This document shows positions 15,122-23,754 of a stretch of DNA of 24,677 nucleotides, piece after piece (position 1 is the first letter of the stretch; every line of letters begins with the position of its first letter). Source of the DNA: a virus (taxonomy: Duplodnaviria > Caudoviricetes); the IMG/VR virus record IMGVR_UViG_3300032087_000962, positions 1-24,677 of that record; one strand, given 5' to 3'. The position numbers were made by a program, and so were the translations under genes. Under the pieces are notes generated by a model, which saw only the letters and a list, made by a program, of their open reading frames with translations, ran no database searches and was not told the DNA's origin.

Positions 15122-15450
15122 AATATGATATAATCGTTATCGTATGAATTTTCAGTAGTGTATTGATTTTCGTTTACGGTGTAATCAGCTATCACTTGGT
15201 CAGTACAGAAGATTTTATCCTTATAAATAACATCACTACCAAATTTACAAGTCATATCGTAAAATCTGTTTTCTACTAACGCCAAAGTTAAGTCAAAAGT
15301 CATATAATCACCACTTGTAGAAGTAGAAACTGCATAAGTTGTGCTTGTATTCGTGCTATTATCTCTTAAAATAACATCAATGTTACTTTGATAATCTCTT
15401 GGAATAATTTTAAGCGATTGAGCAGAAGTGCTTGTCGTTAGAATCTTCAT
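15118..15450 (-). CDS. Virion structural protein, unknown function
   Basis: Beta-rich; IYKDKIFCTDQ motif; first gene after a late-type promoter; ATGA overlap with the portal. Confidence 0.6.
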   Translation of the reverse strand: MKILTTSTSAQSLKIIPRDYQSNIDVILRDNSTNTSTTYAVSTSTSGDYMTFDLTLALVENRFYDMTCKFGSDVIYKDKIFCTDQVIADYTVNENQYTTENSYDNDYIIL

Positions 15451-15454
15451 ACTT

Positions 15455-15479
15455 ATAAAACGAATTTATTTTGAATTTG
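15455..15479 (-). promoter_or_regulatory. Putative late promoter copy 1 (CAAAT-N11-TCGTTTTAT)
   Basis: One of three intergenic copies with identical spacing. Confidence 0.7.
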
Positions 15480-15483
15480 GGGT

Positions 15484-15514
15484 AAAAAAAAAGCCACCTA
15501 ATTAAAGATGGCTT
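15484..15514 (-). terminator. Rho-independent terminator after the putative tail tube gene
   Basis: Minus strand reads AAGCCATCT-TTAATT-AGGTGGCTT followed by a T-run. Confidence 0.8.
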
Positions 15515-15532
15515 CAATTTAATTTAAATTAC

Positions 15533-16057
15533 TTATGGTGCTATTTGAGTAGCACTTGCATTACCAGTTACAATCGAAGCAGTAACAAAATAAGCGGGAA
15601 GTGTTTCTTGTGCAGTAAATACTAAAGTAAATCCTGACAAATCACCCATAGCAGCACCAGTTACAATAGTTCCACCAGAAATGTCCGCACCGTGAGCAGC
15701 ACCTACCAAGAAATAGTTTCCATTGTAATCCTCAACGAACACGTGTGGTCTTGCTTTGGCAATAGTTACAATTTCTTCTTGTGTTGCTAAATCTAATTTA
15801 GTCAAAGTTAAGTTCAAAGTTTGCTCATAAAAAGTAGTTCCGTTTTCACGGCTACTTGTAATCGCTTGTTCAAGGCTTGAATTACCCTTTACATCGAATT
15901 GGAAAAGTGTTGGTGCAACGGCACTAATAGCAGTTACTTCACCAGAGGTTACAGTCAATGTTCCTAAAGAACCATAATCTGCTAAATAAACCGCTTTAAT
16001 GCCACCAACCGAATCCTTACAAGGTAATTCACGACCAGTTGTTAATGTACACGCCAT
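15533..16057 (-). CDS. Major structural protein, probably tail tube
   Basis: MACTLTTGRELPCKDSVGGIKAVY, SRENGTTFYEQ and GDLSGFTLVF motifs; beta-rich, 174 aa, directly after the MCP. Confidence 0.55.
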   Translation of the reverse strand: MACTLTTGRELPCKDSVGGIKAVYLADYGSLGTLTVTSGEVTAISAVAPTLFQFDVKGNSSLEQAITSSRENGTTFYEQTLNLTLTKLDLATQEEIVTIAKARPHVFVEDYNGNYFLVGAAHGADISGGTIVTGAAMGDLSGFTLVFTAQETLPAYFVTASIVTGNASATQIAP

Positions 16058-16073
16058 ATTTTATGTTTTAAAT

Positions 16074-16101
16074 AAAAAAGGGTGGGCAGTTGCGCCCACC
16101 C
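16074..16101 (-). terminator. Rho-independent terminator after the major capsid gene
   Basis: Minus strand reads GGGTGGGC-GCAACT-GCCCACCC-T6. Confidence 0.9.
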
Positions 16102-16126
16102 CTTCTCAAGATTAATAAATATTTAA

Positions 16127-17065
16127 TTAAGAGTAAAGAACGATGTCTGAACCGATTCCGTACTGAACACCACTTGTAAAGCGCATAATTGCTCTAACAT
16201 TCTGGCTTCCATCCAAGTCACCCATATCCAACAATTTAACTTCGTTGTGGTCAGAAAGTAGACCAGTACCAAAGTAAAGGTTAGATTTTTGAGCAGCCAT
16301 CATTTTGTTGTCAGCAAGTCCGTTAGCAACAAACAAAGAAACACCATCAAAAGACAATGCTTGTCCGTTAAACCAAGTTGTACCTTGATTGCCAAGACCA
16401 TTGTTTGAAGTAGCAGCTACGCTAAATCCACCTAAAGCACGAACATAAGCACGAGCAACATTCTGTGGCACATAGATAAATAAATCTTCTTTTCCGTAAA
16501 GTGCAGATGGGATAGCATCTACAACTTTTCCAAGTTCAGCGATAACATTCGCAGAAGTTACAGTAGTACCAACTACATCAACCACATCAGCATCAGCAGT
16601 AGCCAAAGTAACAAAACCATCAAATTCACCTGCAGTAGCATTGACACCACCCCAAATTGTTTGTTCAGTTTTTTCAGCAACTTTAGCAGCTACATAAGAA
16701 ATTAGATAATCAGAGAAAGAAGGTGGTAGGTTGTCAAAAGCACCAACACCCATCTCCATTGCTTCCCAGTCAGAACGGAAATCTTTTTTACAAAGAGTAA
16801 GATTAACTTGGAATTCTTCTGGTTGTAGGATACGCTCAGTCAATGTAATTACATCGTCAGAAGATGAGAAATCACAAGTAGCATTAGCCACAATAGAATC
16901 CAAAGCCATTTTCTTAATGACTTCTTTGTATTTAACATTAGGTTTTACGGTAATACCACCATTATCGATAGTATTTGCACTCAACAAAGCTGCAGCGATA
17001 TACTCACCCGCAAACTCTCCAGCGTATGTTGTAGTAATTGAAGTTACACTTCCACTTGTTGCCAT
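16127..17065 (-). CDS. Major capsid protein
   Basis: ITTTYAGEFAGEYIAAALLS, LQPEEFQVN.LCKKDF and NLYFGTGLLSD motifs; follows the scaffold and is followed by a strong terminator. Confidence 0.85.
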   Translation of the reverse strand: MATSGSVTSITTTYAGEFAGEYIAAALLSANTIDNGGITVKPNVKYKEVIKKMALDSIVANATCDFSSSDDVITLTERILQPEEFQVNLTLCKKDFRSDWEAMEMGVGAFDNLPPSFSDYLISYVAAKVAEKTEQTIWGGVNATAGEFDGFVTLATADADVVDVVGTTVTSANVIAELGKVVDAIPSALYGKEDLFIYVPQNVARAYVRALGGFSVAATSNNGLGNQGTTWFNGQALSFDGVSLFVANGLADNKMMAAQKSNLYFGTGLLSDHNEVKLLDMGDLDGSQNVRAIMRFTSGVQYGIGSDIVLYS

Positions 17066-17086
17066 TTTTTTATTGTTTTAAATTAA

Positions 17087-17746
17087 TTACTTATTTGAAA
17101 TTTTAGATAATACTCTATCAAAGGTTGTTAATGTTCTATTTTTAGAGAATTGAATTTTTTTCTTTTCGCTTTGAACTTCTGGTGTATGTTTAAAGGCTTT
17201 AGATAATTCCTGTTTTGGTTCTTCAACCTCAACTTCTTGATCAGCTTGAACTTCTACTTCTTCTACTTCCTCAACAGATTCTTGAGATAGTTTAGCTTCA
17301 AGTTCGTTTACTTTGTTTTGTAATTCCTCAATCAAAGGATTTACACTTGATAAAATAGCTTCGACAAGTTCGCTTTTTTGTTCTTCGGAAAAATGCGTTT
17401 CTACAACGGTGCTTTCTACAACCTTTTTAGGTTCTTTAGCTTCGTTGCTCATTTCTTCTTCAACCTTAGCTTCTTCTTCCACTACTTCTTCTTCCTCTGC
17501 TTCATCAGCAGCTTTGATAGCAGCAATCACGCCTTCTTCTTCTACAACAAGCATTGAACCATCTTCCATCATATACTCTCCGATAGGCATAGGTATACGC
17601 TCATCTTCGGTAACGATAAATACTGGCTGCCCTTCTGCAAATTCATCAGCAAAAATAACAGTACCATTATCTAACTTGCGGTCTTCAAGTTCAACACGAG
17701 TGTTAAGAAGCGTTTGAATGCGCTTTAACATTTCTGTTGTTTTCAT
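17087..17746 (-). CDS. Capsid scaffolding protein
   Basis: Very acidic, coiled-coil, basic C-terminal helix; immediately upstream of the MCP. Confidence 0.7.
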   Translation of the reverse strand: MKTTEMLKRIQTLLNTRVELEDRKLDNGTVIFADEFAEGQPVFIVTEDERIPMPIGEYMMEDGSMLVVEEEGVIAAIKAADEAEEEEVVEEEAKVEEEMSNEAKEPKKVVESTVVETHFSEEQKSELVEAILSSVNPLIEELQNKVNELEAKLSQESVEEVEEVEVQADQEVEVEEPKQELSKAFKHTPEVQSEKKKIQFSKNRTLTTFDRVLSKISNK

Positions 17747-17767
17747 AGATTTACTTATTTAATATTA

Positions 17768-17792
17768 ATAAAACGATTATAAAAATTAATTG
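17768..17792 (-). promoter_or_regulatory. Putative late promoter copy 2 (CAATT-N11-TCGTTTTAT)
   Basis: Upstream of scaffold-MCP; same spacing as the other copies. Confidence 0.7.
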
Positions 17793-17798
17793 GTATTT

Positions 17799-18248
17799 TT
17801 AGGCTTTTTTCTGAATGATAAACCACTCACTACCATCAGACCAAATTTTAATTCCTTCGTAAACTTTGTTAATTTCGTAGTAGGCAGTTGATCCATCAAG
17901 AGTATCACCGCCCGTAGGTGTTAAATATACTCTTGTGTTTGTGTTAAAACCACCATTACTAATAAATCTTAATGCTCGGTTTGGTATAGCAGATGCACTT
18001 GGTAGGTTAAGTGTCATATTTCCTGCTACGCCTGACCAAGTTAATTTTACAAGCATAGCTTCGTCAAATATTGAACCGCTTAAATTGACAGTTTGACCAG
18101 CTTGTACGGTTAAATTATAAGGTACTAATGTATTTTTAATTTTATTAACCGTAGTTTGCTTTGTTACTCCGCTTTGTACTGTTACTAAAAGTTCCGTACC
18201 CAGTAATGCGGTTGCTGTACTTAATTGTGATATTTTTTTATCTGCCAT
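17799..18248 (-). CDS. Putative head decoration/fibre protein
   Basis: MADKKISQL N-terminus; TLNLP...GDTLDG...SDGSEWFII beta-sandwich pattern seen in virion appendage proteins. Confidence 0.55.
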   Translation of the reverse strand: MADKKISQLSTATALLGTELLVTVQSGVTKQTTVNKIKNTLVPYNLTVQAGQTVNLSGSIFDEAMLVKLTWSGVAGNMTLNLPSASAIPNRALRFISNGGFNTNTRVYLTPTGGDTLDGSTAYYEINKVYEGIKIWSDGSEWFIIQKKA

Positions 18249-18250
18249 AA

Positions 18251-18418
18251 CTATAAGATTATTCTGCTGTTATCTTCTTGTAAGATTAAATCAATATTTT
18301 CTTGTCTTAAATAAAACTCACTTTTTCTTATTACGCCAATACCTTGCGCCCATAAACTACCATCACAACAATCTATGGAATAAGTGTTTCTGTCTTTGCA
18401 ATAACAAGCCCTACTCAT
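18251..18418 (-). CDS. Small Cys-rich virion protein, 55 aa (MSRACYCKDRNTYSIDCCDGSLWAQGIGVIRKSEFYLRQENIDLILQEDNSRIIL)
   Basis: Translated by hand; RACxC...CCDGSL.AQGIG motif; fills the gap. Confidence 0.75.
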   Translation of the reverse strand: MSRACYCKDRNTYSIDCCDGSLWAQGIGVIRKSEFYLRQENIDLILQEDNSRIIL

Positions 18419-19298
18419 TATCTATTTGTTTTAGTTTTCTTTGCGCCCATTCAATGCCTTCACGGCCACCCCAAGCCAAAATCATAAGTTTAGCACAACC
18501 ATCCCCTAATTTCTTGTCATCATATTGTAAATGCCTTGCAAAAGCAGCCATCCTAGCAATGGTATCTCTTGTAATGTTTCTGCCTTTAGCTAATTGATTT
18601 GCTCTTTGTTTACCTACGGGTGTTCCGCAACTACCCCAACCATTTTTCTCAGCGTATTTTAACGCCCTTTTAGCGTTGTTCTGCGCAGCTTTAGGGTAGT
18701 CGTTATATGATTCAAATTCGTATCTTAAAATCGCTTCTTTTATCTCTAACAATTTAAGACCTGCTTCAATTTCCCTTTTTTCTTCTTGTTCTTTTTCTGC
18801 AAAAAATCCTTCAATAGAAAAACCTTTAACAACACCAGTCTTAACATAATCTTGCCAAACTTCATCATTTTCTACTTTAACACTCCCCATCCAAGTACCT
18901 ACGGGTACATCTAAATCATATAATGCTGACTTGTCTTTTTCTTTATCTTCTACGATCCAACTTTCTACCAAAGTAAGTCCATCAATTTTATATAGATGCT
19001 CAAAGGTAGAATTATGCTGATTGCCTTTTTGTAAGAAAAGTTCCGAAGCCTTACGGATTGTTTTTTTAGTAAAATAAATATAGTAATCTTCTTTTTCGTC
19101 TTTTCTATATATCGCTTTGTTAGGCACAAGCAATGCACCCATTAAGATTCTCTTTTCTTTATCTACTTCTTGAAATTTGTATTCTTTCTTTTTGTTTAAG
19201 GCTATAAAATTTTCTTCTATGGCAGGATGTTCAACAATACTAATGGCATCAATACCATTTTCTTGTTCTTCATCTATAATTAGTTCGATAATTTTCAT
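18411..19298 (-). CDS. Prohead serine protease (XkdF-like) with extra C-terminal domain
   Basis: AISIVEHPAIE, LVESWIVED, VPVGTWM and VKGFSIEG motifs; C-terminal SYNDYP...RANQLA domain. Confidence 0.8.
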   Translation of the reverse strand: MKIIELIIDEEQENGIDAISIVEHPAIEENFIALNKKKEYKFQEVDKEKRILMGALLVPNKAIYRKDEKEDYYIYFTKKTIRKASELFLQKGNQHNSTFEHLYKIDGLTLVESWIVEDKEKDKSALYDLDVPVGTWMGSVKVENDEVWQDYVKTGVVKGFSIEGFFAEKEQEEKREIEAGLKLLEIKEAILRYEFESYNDYPKAAQNNAKRALKYAEKNGWGSCGTPVGKQRANQLAKGRNITRDTIARMAAFARHLQYDDKKLGDGCAKLMILAWGGREGIEWAQRKLKQIDNE

Positions 19299-19302
19299 AT
19301 CT

Positions 19303-19327
19303 ATAAAACGATTTTAATTTTAATTTG
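19303..19327 (-). promoter_or_regulatory. Putative late promoter copy 3 (CAAAT-N11-TCGTTTTAT)
   Basis: Occupies most of the 33-nt intergenic gap before the protease gene. Confidence 0.7.
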
Positions 19328-19331
19328 TGTT

Positions 19332-21164
19332 TTATCCTAAAGTCGCACTTTCCACAATATTTCTATCCAAACTTTGTGCAGAACTTACTTCATTACTTAC
19401 CACATACGCCTTAACTGGCTTTTGTGAATCTTCCGCTAACAATCCTGCTAACTGATTAGTAGCACCTGCACCTAAAACATTAAATTGTGGTGCTTGTGTA
19501 GCAGCAGCAGCAAACCCTGATGCCGATGGCGTAGCAGCACCACCCTCAGCACCCCGACCTTTAGGAACTTTAACAGATTTAATTGCTTGTATTTGTTTAA
19601 AACCAGATGCAACCGCAACCGCTGCAGCAGCAGCACCTAATGCAGGACCAACGATAGGAATACCTGCTAAAGATTTATAACTATCTGTTGCCGATTGATA
19701 AGTAGATATTAAAGTACCTGCTATCGCAGCAGCTTTACCTGCACTTGTTTGTTCACCTGCCAATGAAGCAAAATTCATAAGTAAACCACCGACTTTTGCT
19801 AAATTTTGTTTTTTGGCTTCCGCTTCGGCATCATCTATTTTTTTACTTGCTTCTGCGTCTTTTTCTTGTGCATCAAGTTTTTGTTCGGCATAATATGCTC
19901 TGATAGCTTCCTTTTCTTGTTCAGTAGCATTTAACCTATCTAATTCTGCTAACTTTCTTTGTTCCTCTAATTGTACTTTTTGTAAAAAAGATTCTGCTTC
20001 TTTATTTTCTGCCGCAGTAATTATTTCATCAAATATTTTACCCCTCGCTAGTGCATCATCAATGCGTTTTTTATCAGCTTCGGCATTTTTCGCTTCTTGC
20101 TCTTTTCGCAACCTATCCGCTTCCGCAGCATCTTCACGCCTTGCAGTTGTTAATTCTGCGGTTAATGCTTTTTGTAACTTTAACCTTGCAGTTTGTTTTG
20201 ATATTACATCGGCTTCTAATTGTGCTTGTTCGTCTAAATCTTCTTTTGTAGATTTTGATAAGGCGTTTTCTGTTTTCTTTGCTTCAAATCTTAATTGGGC
20301 AATAGCTATTTCTTTGTTTGCTAAATCTTCGCTTATCTTTCCTGCTTCTTCAAGGAATTCAATTCGCTCGGCTGCGGTAAATCTTTCTTTATCTGCTGAC
20401 TGTTCCCTTAATTGTGCAATTTGTCTTTCTGCTTCTGCCCTTTCTACTAATAATCGTCTTGACCTCCTATCTATTTCTGCCCTTTGATCTGCAATTTTAG
20501 CAGCAGCGTTAGCGTCATCTTCTATTTCTTTAGCAAAGTCTTTTATTGATTCAGTTGCGGATGCGACTTTATCCGTAAAATCTTCTACACCAAGAACAAC
20601 TTTTGCTGCTGCATTTGCCGCCACTTCTCCTGCTTCTGCAAATTCACCACTAAATAATAACTTAACCGCTTTACCAAGTTGGGGGATAAGTTCAAGCATC
20701 CCCTCAAAACGATTCGTAATGTTTTCTACAATTAAATCCTTAAAATCTATAATGGCTTGTTTAGGATTCTCAAAAACCTCAATAATTTTTTCTCCTAAAT
20801 CTGCTAATAAGTCTACAAGGTTACCTGTAATACTACCAAGAACACCTAATATCTTTTGGAATTTATTTTGCCCTTCTTCACTTGCAGTAAAAGCAGCAGT
20901 CAAAGCACCAACCGCAACAATAAGAGCACCAATACCAGTACTAATGATTGCTACCCGTAAAGATTTAAAACCACCCGTAACACCCTTTAAAGTACCTTTA
21001 AACGCATTGAATTTAGTGATTGCACCACCAGTCATTTTATTTAGCGAACCAGTTAATTCACCACTTACTTGTTGCGTTTCTTTTATTTCGCTATTAACAC
21101 CCTGCAAACTTTGTTCAGCTTGTTTGGTGTTTGCTTTTACATTAATTACTACTTCTTGCGCCAT
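19332..21164 (-). CDS. Tape-measure-like / DNA-ejection protein
   Basis: Ala/Glu/Lys-rich coiled coil with hydrophobic segments (AIISTGIGALIVAVGAL; GIPIVGPALGAAAAAVA); C-terminal KAYVVS.EVSSAQ motif. Confidence 0.7.
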   Translation of the reverse strand: MAQEVVINVKANTKQAEQSLQGVNSEIKETQQVSGELTGSLNKMTGGAITKFNAFKGTLKGVTGGFKSLRVAIISTGIGALIVAVGALTAAFTASEEGQNKFQKILGVLGSITGNLVDLLADLGEKIIEVFENPKQAIIDFKDLIVENITNRFEGMLELIPQLGKAVKLLFSGEFAEAGEVAANAAAKVVLGVEDFTDKVASATESIKDFAKEIEDDANAAAKIADQRAEIDRRSRRLLVERAEAERQIAQLREQSADKERFTAAERIEFLEEAGKISEDLANKEIAIAQLRFEAKKTENALSKSTKEDLDEQAQLEADVISKQTARLKLQKALTAELTTARREDAAEADRLRKEQEAKNAEADKKRIDDALARGKIFDEIITAAENKEAESFLQKVQLEEQRKLAELDRLNATEQEKEAIRAYYAEQKLDAQEKDAEASKKIDDAEAEAKKQNLAKVGGLLMNFASLAGEQTSAGKAAAIAGTLISTYQSATDSYKSLAGIPIVGPALGAAAAAVAVASGFKQIQAIKSVKVPKGRGAEGGAATPSASGFAAAATQAPQFNVLGAGATNQLAGLLAEDSQKPVKAYVVSNEVSSAQSLDRNIVESATLG

Positions 21165-21286
21165 TCTTTTCTAATTGTGGTTATTGCTTCCTTTAAGGTT
21201 TCTTCTAACTTATACTTACCTTTGGCGATGTCTATATATTCACCGCTTACATCGTATTTTAAACCTTCTAATATTGTCTTTAACAT
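21149..21286 (-). CDS. Small protein, 45 aa (MLKTILEGLKYDVSGEYIDIAKGKYKLEETLKEAITTIRKEWRKK)
   Basis: Translated by hand; overlaps both neighbours; IDIAKGKY motif. Confidence 0.7.
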   Translation of the reverse strand: MLKTILEGLKYDVSGEYIDIAKGKYKLEETLKEAITTIRKEWRKK

Positions 21287-23754
21287 AAGTTTAGTTCTCT
21301 TAAAAGTTCTATTGTTTCTGGTTCGTTCTCGTAAACTTGTGTTCTTGCTTGTAATTCCTCAAGATTTGTTGTAAATGTTATTGCATCACTAACAACACTT
21401 ACAATAATAGATGCCAAACCGCTTAACGCCCCTACTGTACCATAATATGCCTGAACACCTAACACATTCACATCTTCTATGTCTAAACCAGTATATTCAT
21501 AATCTTCAATCAATGCCCCCGAAGGAATTATAGAATCGTGGTATCTACCATTTAAATAAAGTAAATACTCAGTAGCACCACTTACAAATTTCCATTGGAT
21601 CTTTCTATATTTTGAACTTGTTGGCGTAACTAATTCTACATTTTCAGGTTTAGCAAGATCTGTTTTTTGGTTTATATTTTCAGGTAGGTTTACATTTACC
21701 GCAGGGGGTAAGTCGTTATATAAAACAAGTTTACTTTCCTCATTTAGTAAGTTAGTGTTTACCGATTCGATCTTATAAGTGTTTTGCCCTATTCTAAATC
21801 TGTCATTTAATTTATAAGACAACAAAAGACCTAAAGGCAAATAAGCCTTGTATGTAATTTTTCTTGCTGCTTGTTGAAATACCGAAGTAATAGAATCAAA
21901 GTAAAATCTATTATATAAACTTTCGTCTTGTTGGACTGCGCTATATTCATCAATTTGTGCGCCCCAATGTATTGAATTACCATTAGCATCAATGTTAGTA
22001 GGTGCGTTAAATTTATCTAAAGGGAAAACAGTACCATCACCATTATGCCATCTTAAATAAGGCGTAGTCGTATCTCTTAATACAATACAATGAATCAAAG
22101 GCATTCCAACAATAGGTTCTAAATCTTGGTCTATCATTACCCCGTATTGCACCGTGCTTGGCGTACCACCCGAAGATAAAATCCTCTCAAAGTACATATG
22201 CTCAAAATCTAAAGCAACGGAATAATTACCGCCATCCATATCTTCTGTTCCCGCGTTCCAATTCAAATCGCCAAACTTATTATTAGGATATGCTTGGTCA
22301 TAAGCCATTATAGCAGCACTCTTTCTTCCCTTGTAACTAAAGTTTATTTCCTTATACGGTATTAATCTATCTACTTGTGTTGAAGTTACATCTACGTTTT
22401 CTGTAATGTCGTGTGTAACACCCGTTGATTGATAATCTTGCAACGGAAGTACATTTACTGTTTCATCTCCGTTTAGTTCTTTGTCAATAGATGCGGTCAG
22501 TTGGTGCATCTTAAACAAATTAATTACAAAATCATATACCTTCATTTCAGGCATTTGGTCTGGCACATCTAAATTACTTGCAACTGCAATAGCACTTGCG
22601 TTATAAACTGATGTTCCTGCATCTACCCAATTATCGGTATAATTTGTTTTTGTGTGTTTCTTTATTTGTATTTCTTGAGTAGGACTAAATAAAGATTGAC
22701 TTGTTATAATAAATTCTAAAAAGTAAGTTTGTGCAGAACCTTGTAATTCTTGGTTTATATTAAATGTATTTGAACCAGTTGCACTTGAATTATATAAAGG
22801 CGAACCGCTATCAGTTATTGCAAAATCATATGATAATGCACCTGCAAAGGTTACATCATAAGTAAGTATTTCGTACTTAACATAATCAAAGTTTGGGTAT
22901 GGTTCGTTAAACACAAATAAACCACCTTCGGCATTTCTAAAATCTGTACCGCTTGTTAATGTCCAAGTTGAGGTGTCGGAAAAATAAGTTTTTAATTCGT
23001 TTTGTTCTGTGGTCTGCGTCATTACCCCTGCTTCTTTGTGCAGCCACATATATAAATTCTTGAAGTAGGTTGTATTAAAGAAGTCTTGACTAAATGTTAA
23101 ATCATATTTTTCTTCAATAGCATCTACAATAGCTTTTAGTTTTAAAGATGGTTTTAAATCTGTCAATCCTAAAAAATAATTAGGAGATGTTTCACCATTA
23201 TAATCAGATACAATATCTGTACCCGTATATCTAAAAGGTCTTGAATGTGAAATGAAGCTATATTTAATATTTCCGCTATGTATTTGTGTGCGATTATTAA
23301 AACTATGTCTAATGGTTAGATTGTTATATAAATGATTATAATTATTTAAACCATAACTACCACCCGTAAGCATTGATAAAGTATCTTCACCAAATAAGTC
23401 TTTTAAGGCTACCGCATTACCAAAGAAAGTGACTTGATATGATTCAGGTGAATTGTCTTTTAGTTTAACACCGCTTAACCTTAACTTACCATCTTTGTAT
23501 CTTATTCCGTTGACATTTAAGTAAGCATCGACTTTATACCGTGCGTCAAATGTATTTCCTACAATGTTAAAATTATAATAGTGCTTAAATATTCTGTTAT
23601 TTGTAGGTGAAGCAGGAAGTGTAAATTGTCTTGAGTATGCAGTATAGATTTTAGATATATCTTTGACATTAGCAATACTATCTGAAATAGTAATGCTTTC
23701 ATCTTTAAACATATCTACTTGTTCACCATCTACAAAAAGTTGTACTATCTGCAT
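21280..23754 (-). CDS. Large tail (tip/baseplate-type) protein with C-terminal FN3-like domain
   Basis: DISKIYTAYSRQFTLPAS..NN.IFKHYYN N-terminus typical of Bacteroidota phage tail proteins; FN3-like PENV...IQW..VSGATEY...YTGL. Confidence 0.7.
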   Translation of the reverse strand: MQIVQLFVDGEQVDMFKDESITISDSIANVKDISKIYTAYSRQFTLPASPTNNRIFKHYYNFNIVGNTFDARYKVDAYLNVNGIRYKDGKLRLSGVKLKDNSPESYQVTFFGNAVALKDLFGEDTLSMLTGGSYGLNNYNHLYNNLTIRHSFNNRTQIHSGNIKYSFISHSRPFRYTGTDIVSDYNGETSPNYFLGLTDLKPSLKLKAIVDAIEEKYDLTFSQDFFNTTYFKNLYMWLHKEAGVMTQTTEQNELKTYFSDTSTWTLTSGTDFRNAEGGLFVFNEPYPNFDYVKYEILTYDVTFAGALSYDFAITDSGSPLYNSSATGSNTFNINQELQGSAQTYFLEFIITSQSLFSPTQEIQIKKHTKTNYTDNWVDAGTSVYNASAIAVASNLDVPDQMPEMKVYDFVINLFKMHQLTASIDKELNGDETVNVLPLQDYQSTGVTHDITENVDVTSTQVDRLIPYKEINFSYKGRKSAAIMAYDQAYPNNKFGDLNWNAGTEDMDGGNYSVALDFEHMYFERILSSGGTPSTVQYGVMIDQDLEPIVGMPLIHCIVLRDTTTPYLRWHNGDGTVFPLDKFNAPTNIDANGNSIHWGAQIDEYSAVQQDESLYNRFYFDSITSVFQQAARKITYKAYLPLGLLLSYKLNDRFRIGQNTYKIESVNTNLLNEESKLVLYNDLPPAVNVNLPENINQKTDLAKPENVELVTPTSSKYRKIQWKFVSGATEYLLYLNGRYHDSIIPSGALIEDYEYTGLDIEDVNVLGVQAYYGTVGALSGLASIIVSVVSDAITFTTNLEELQARTQVYENEPETIELLRELNLC

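Noticed and set aside
1705-21374. Plus-strand ORFs in the track (1705-1887, 3247-3447, 9654-9860, 13788-13994, 14321-14539, 14561-14752, 16731-17081, 17313-17717, 20051-20251, 20062-20487, 20719-21174, 21069-21374)
   Set aside because: All lie antisense to well-supported minus-strand genes, and most have the Ser/Phe/Leu-rich composition of shadow frames.
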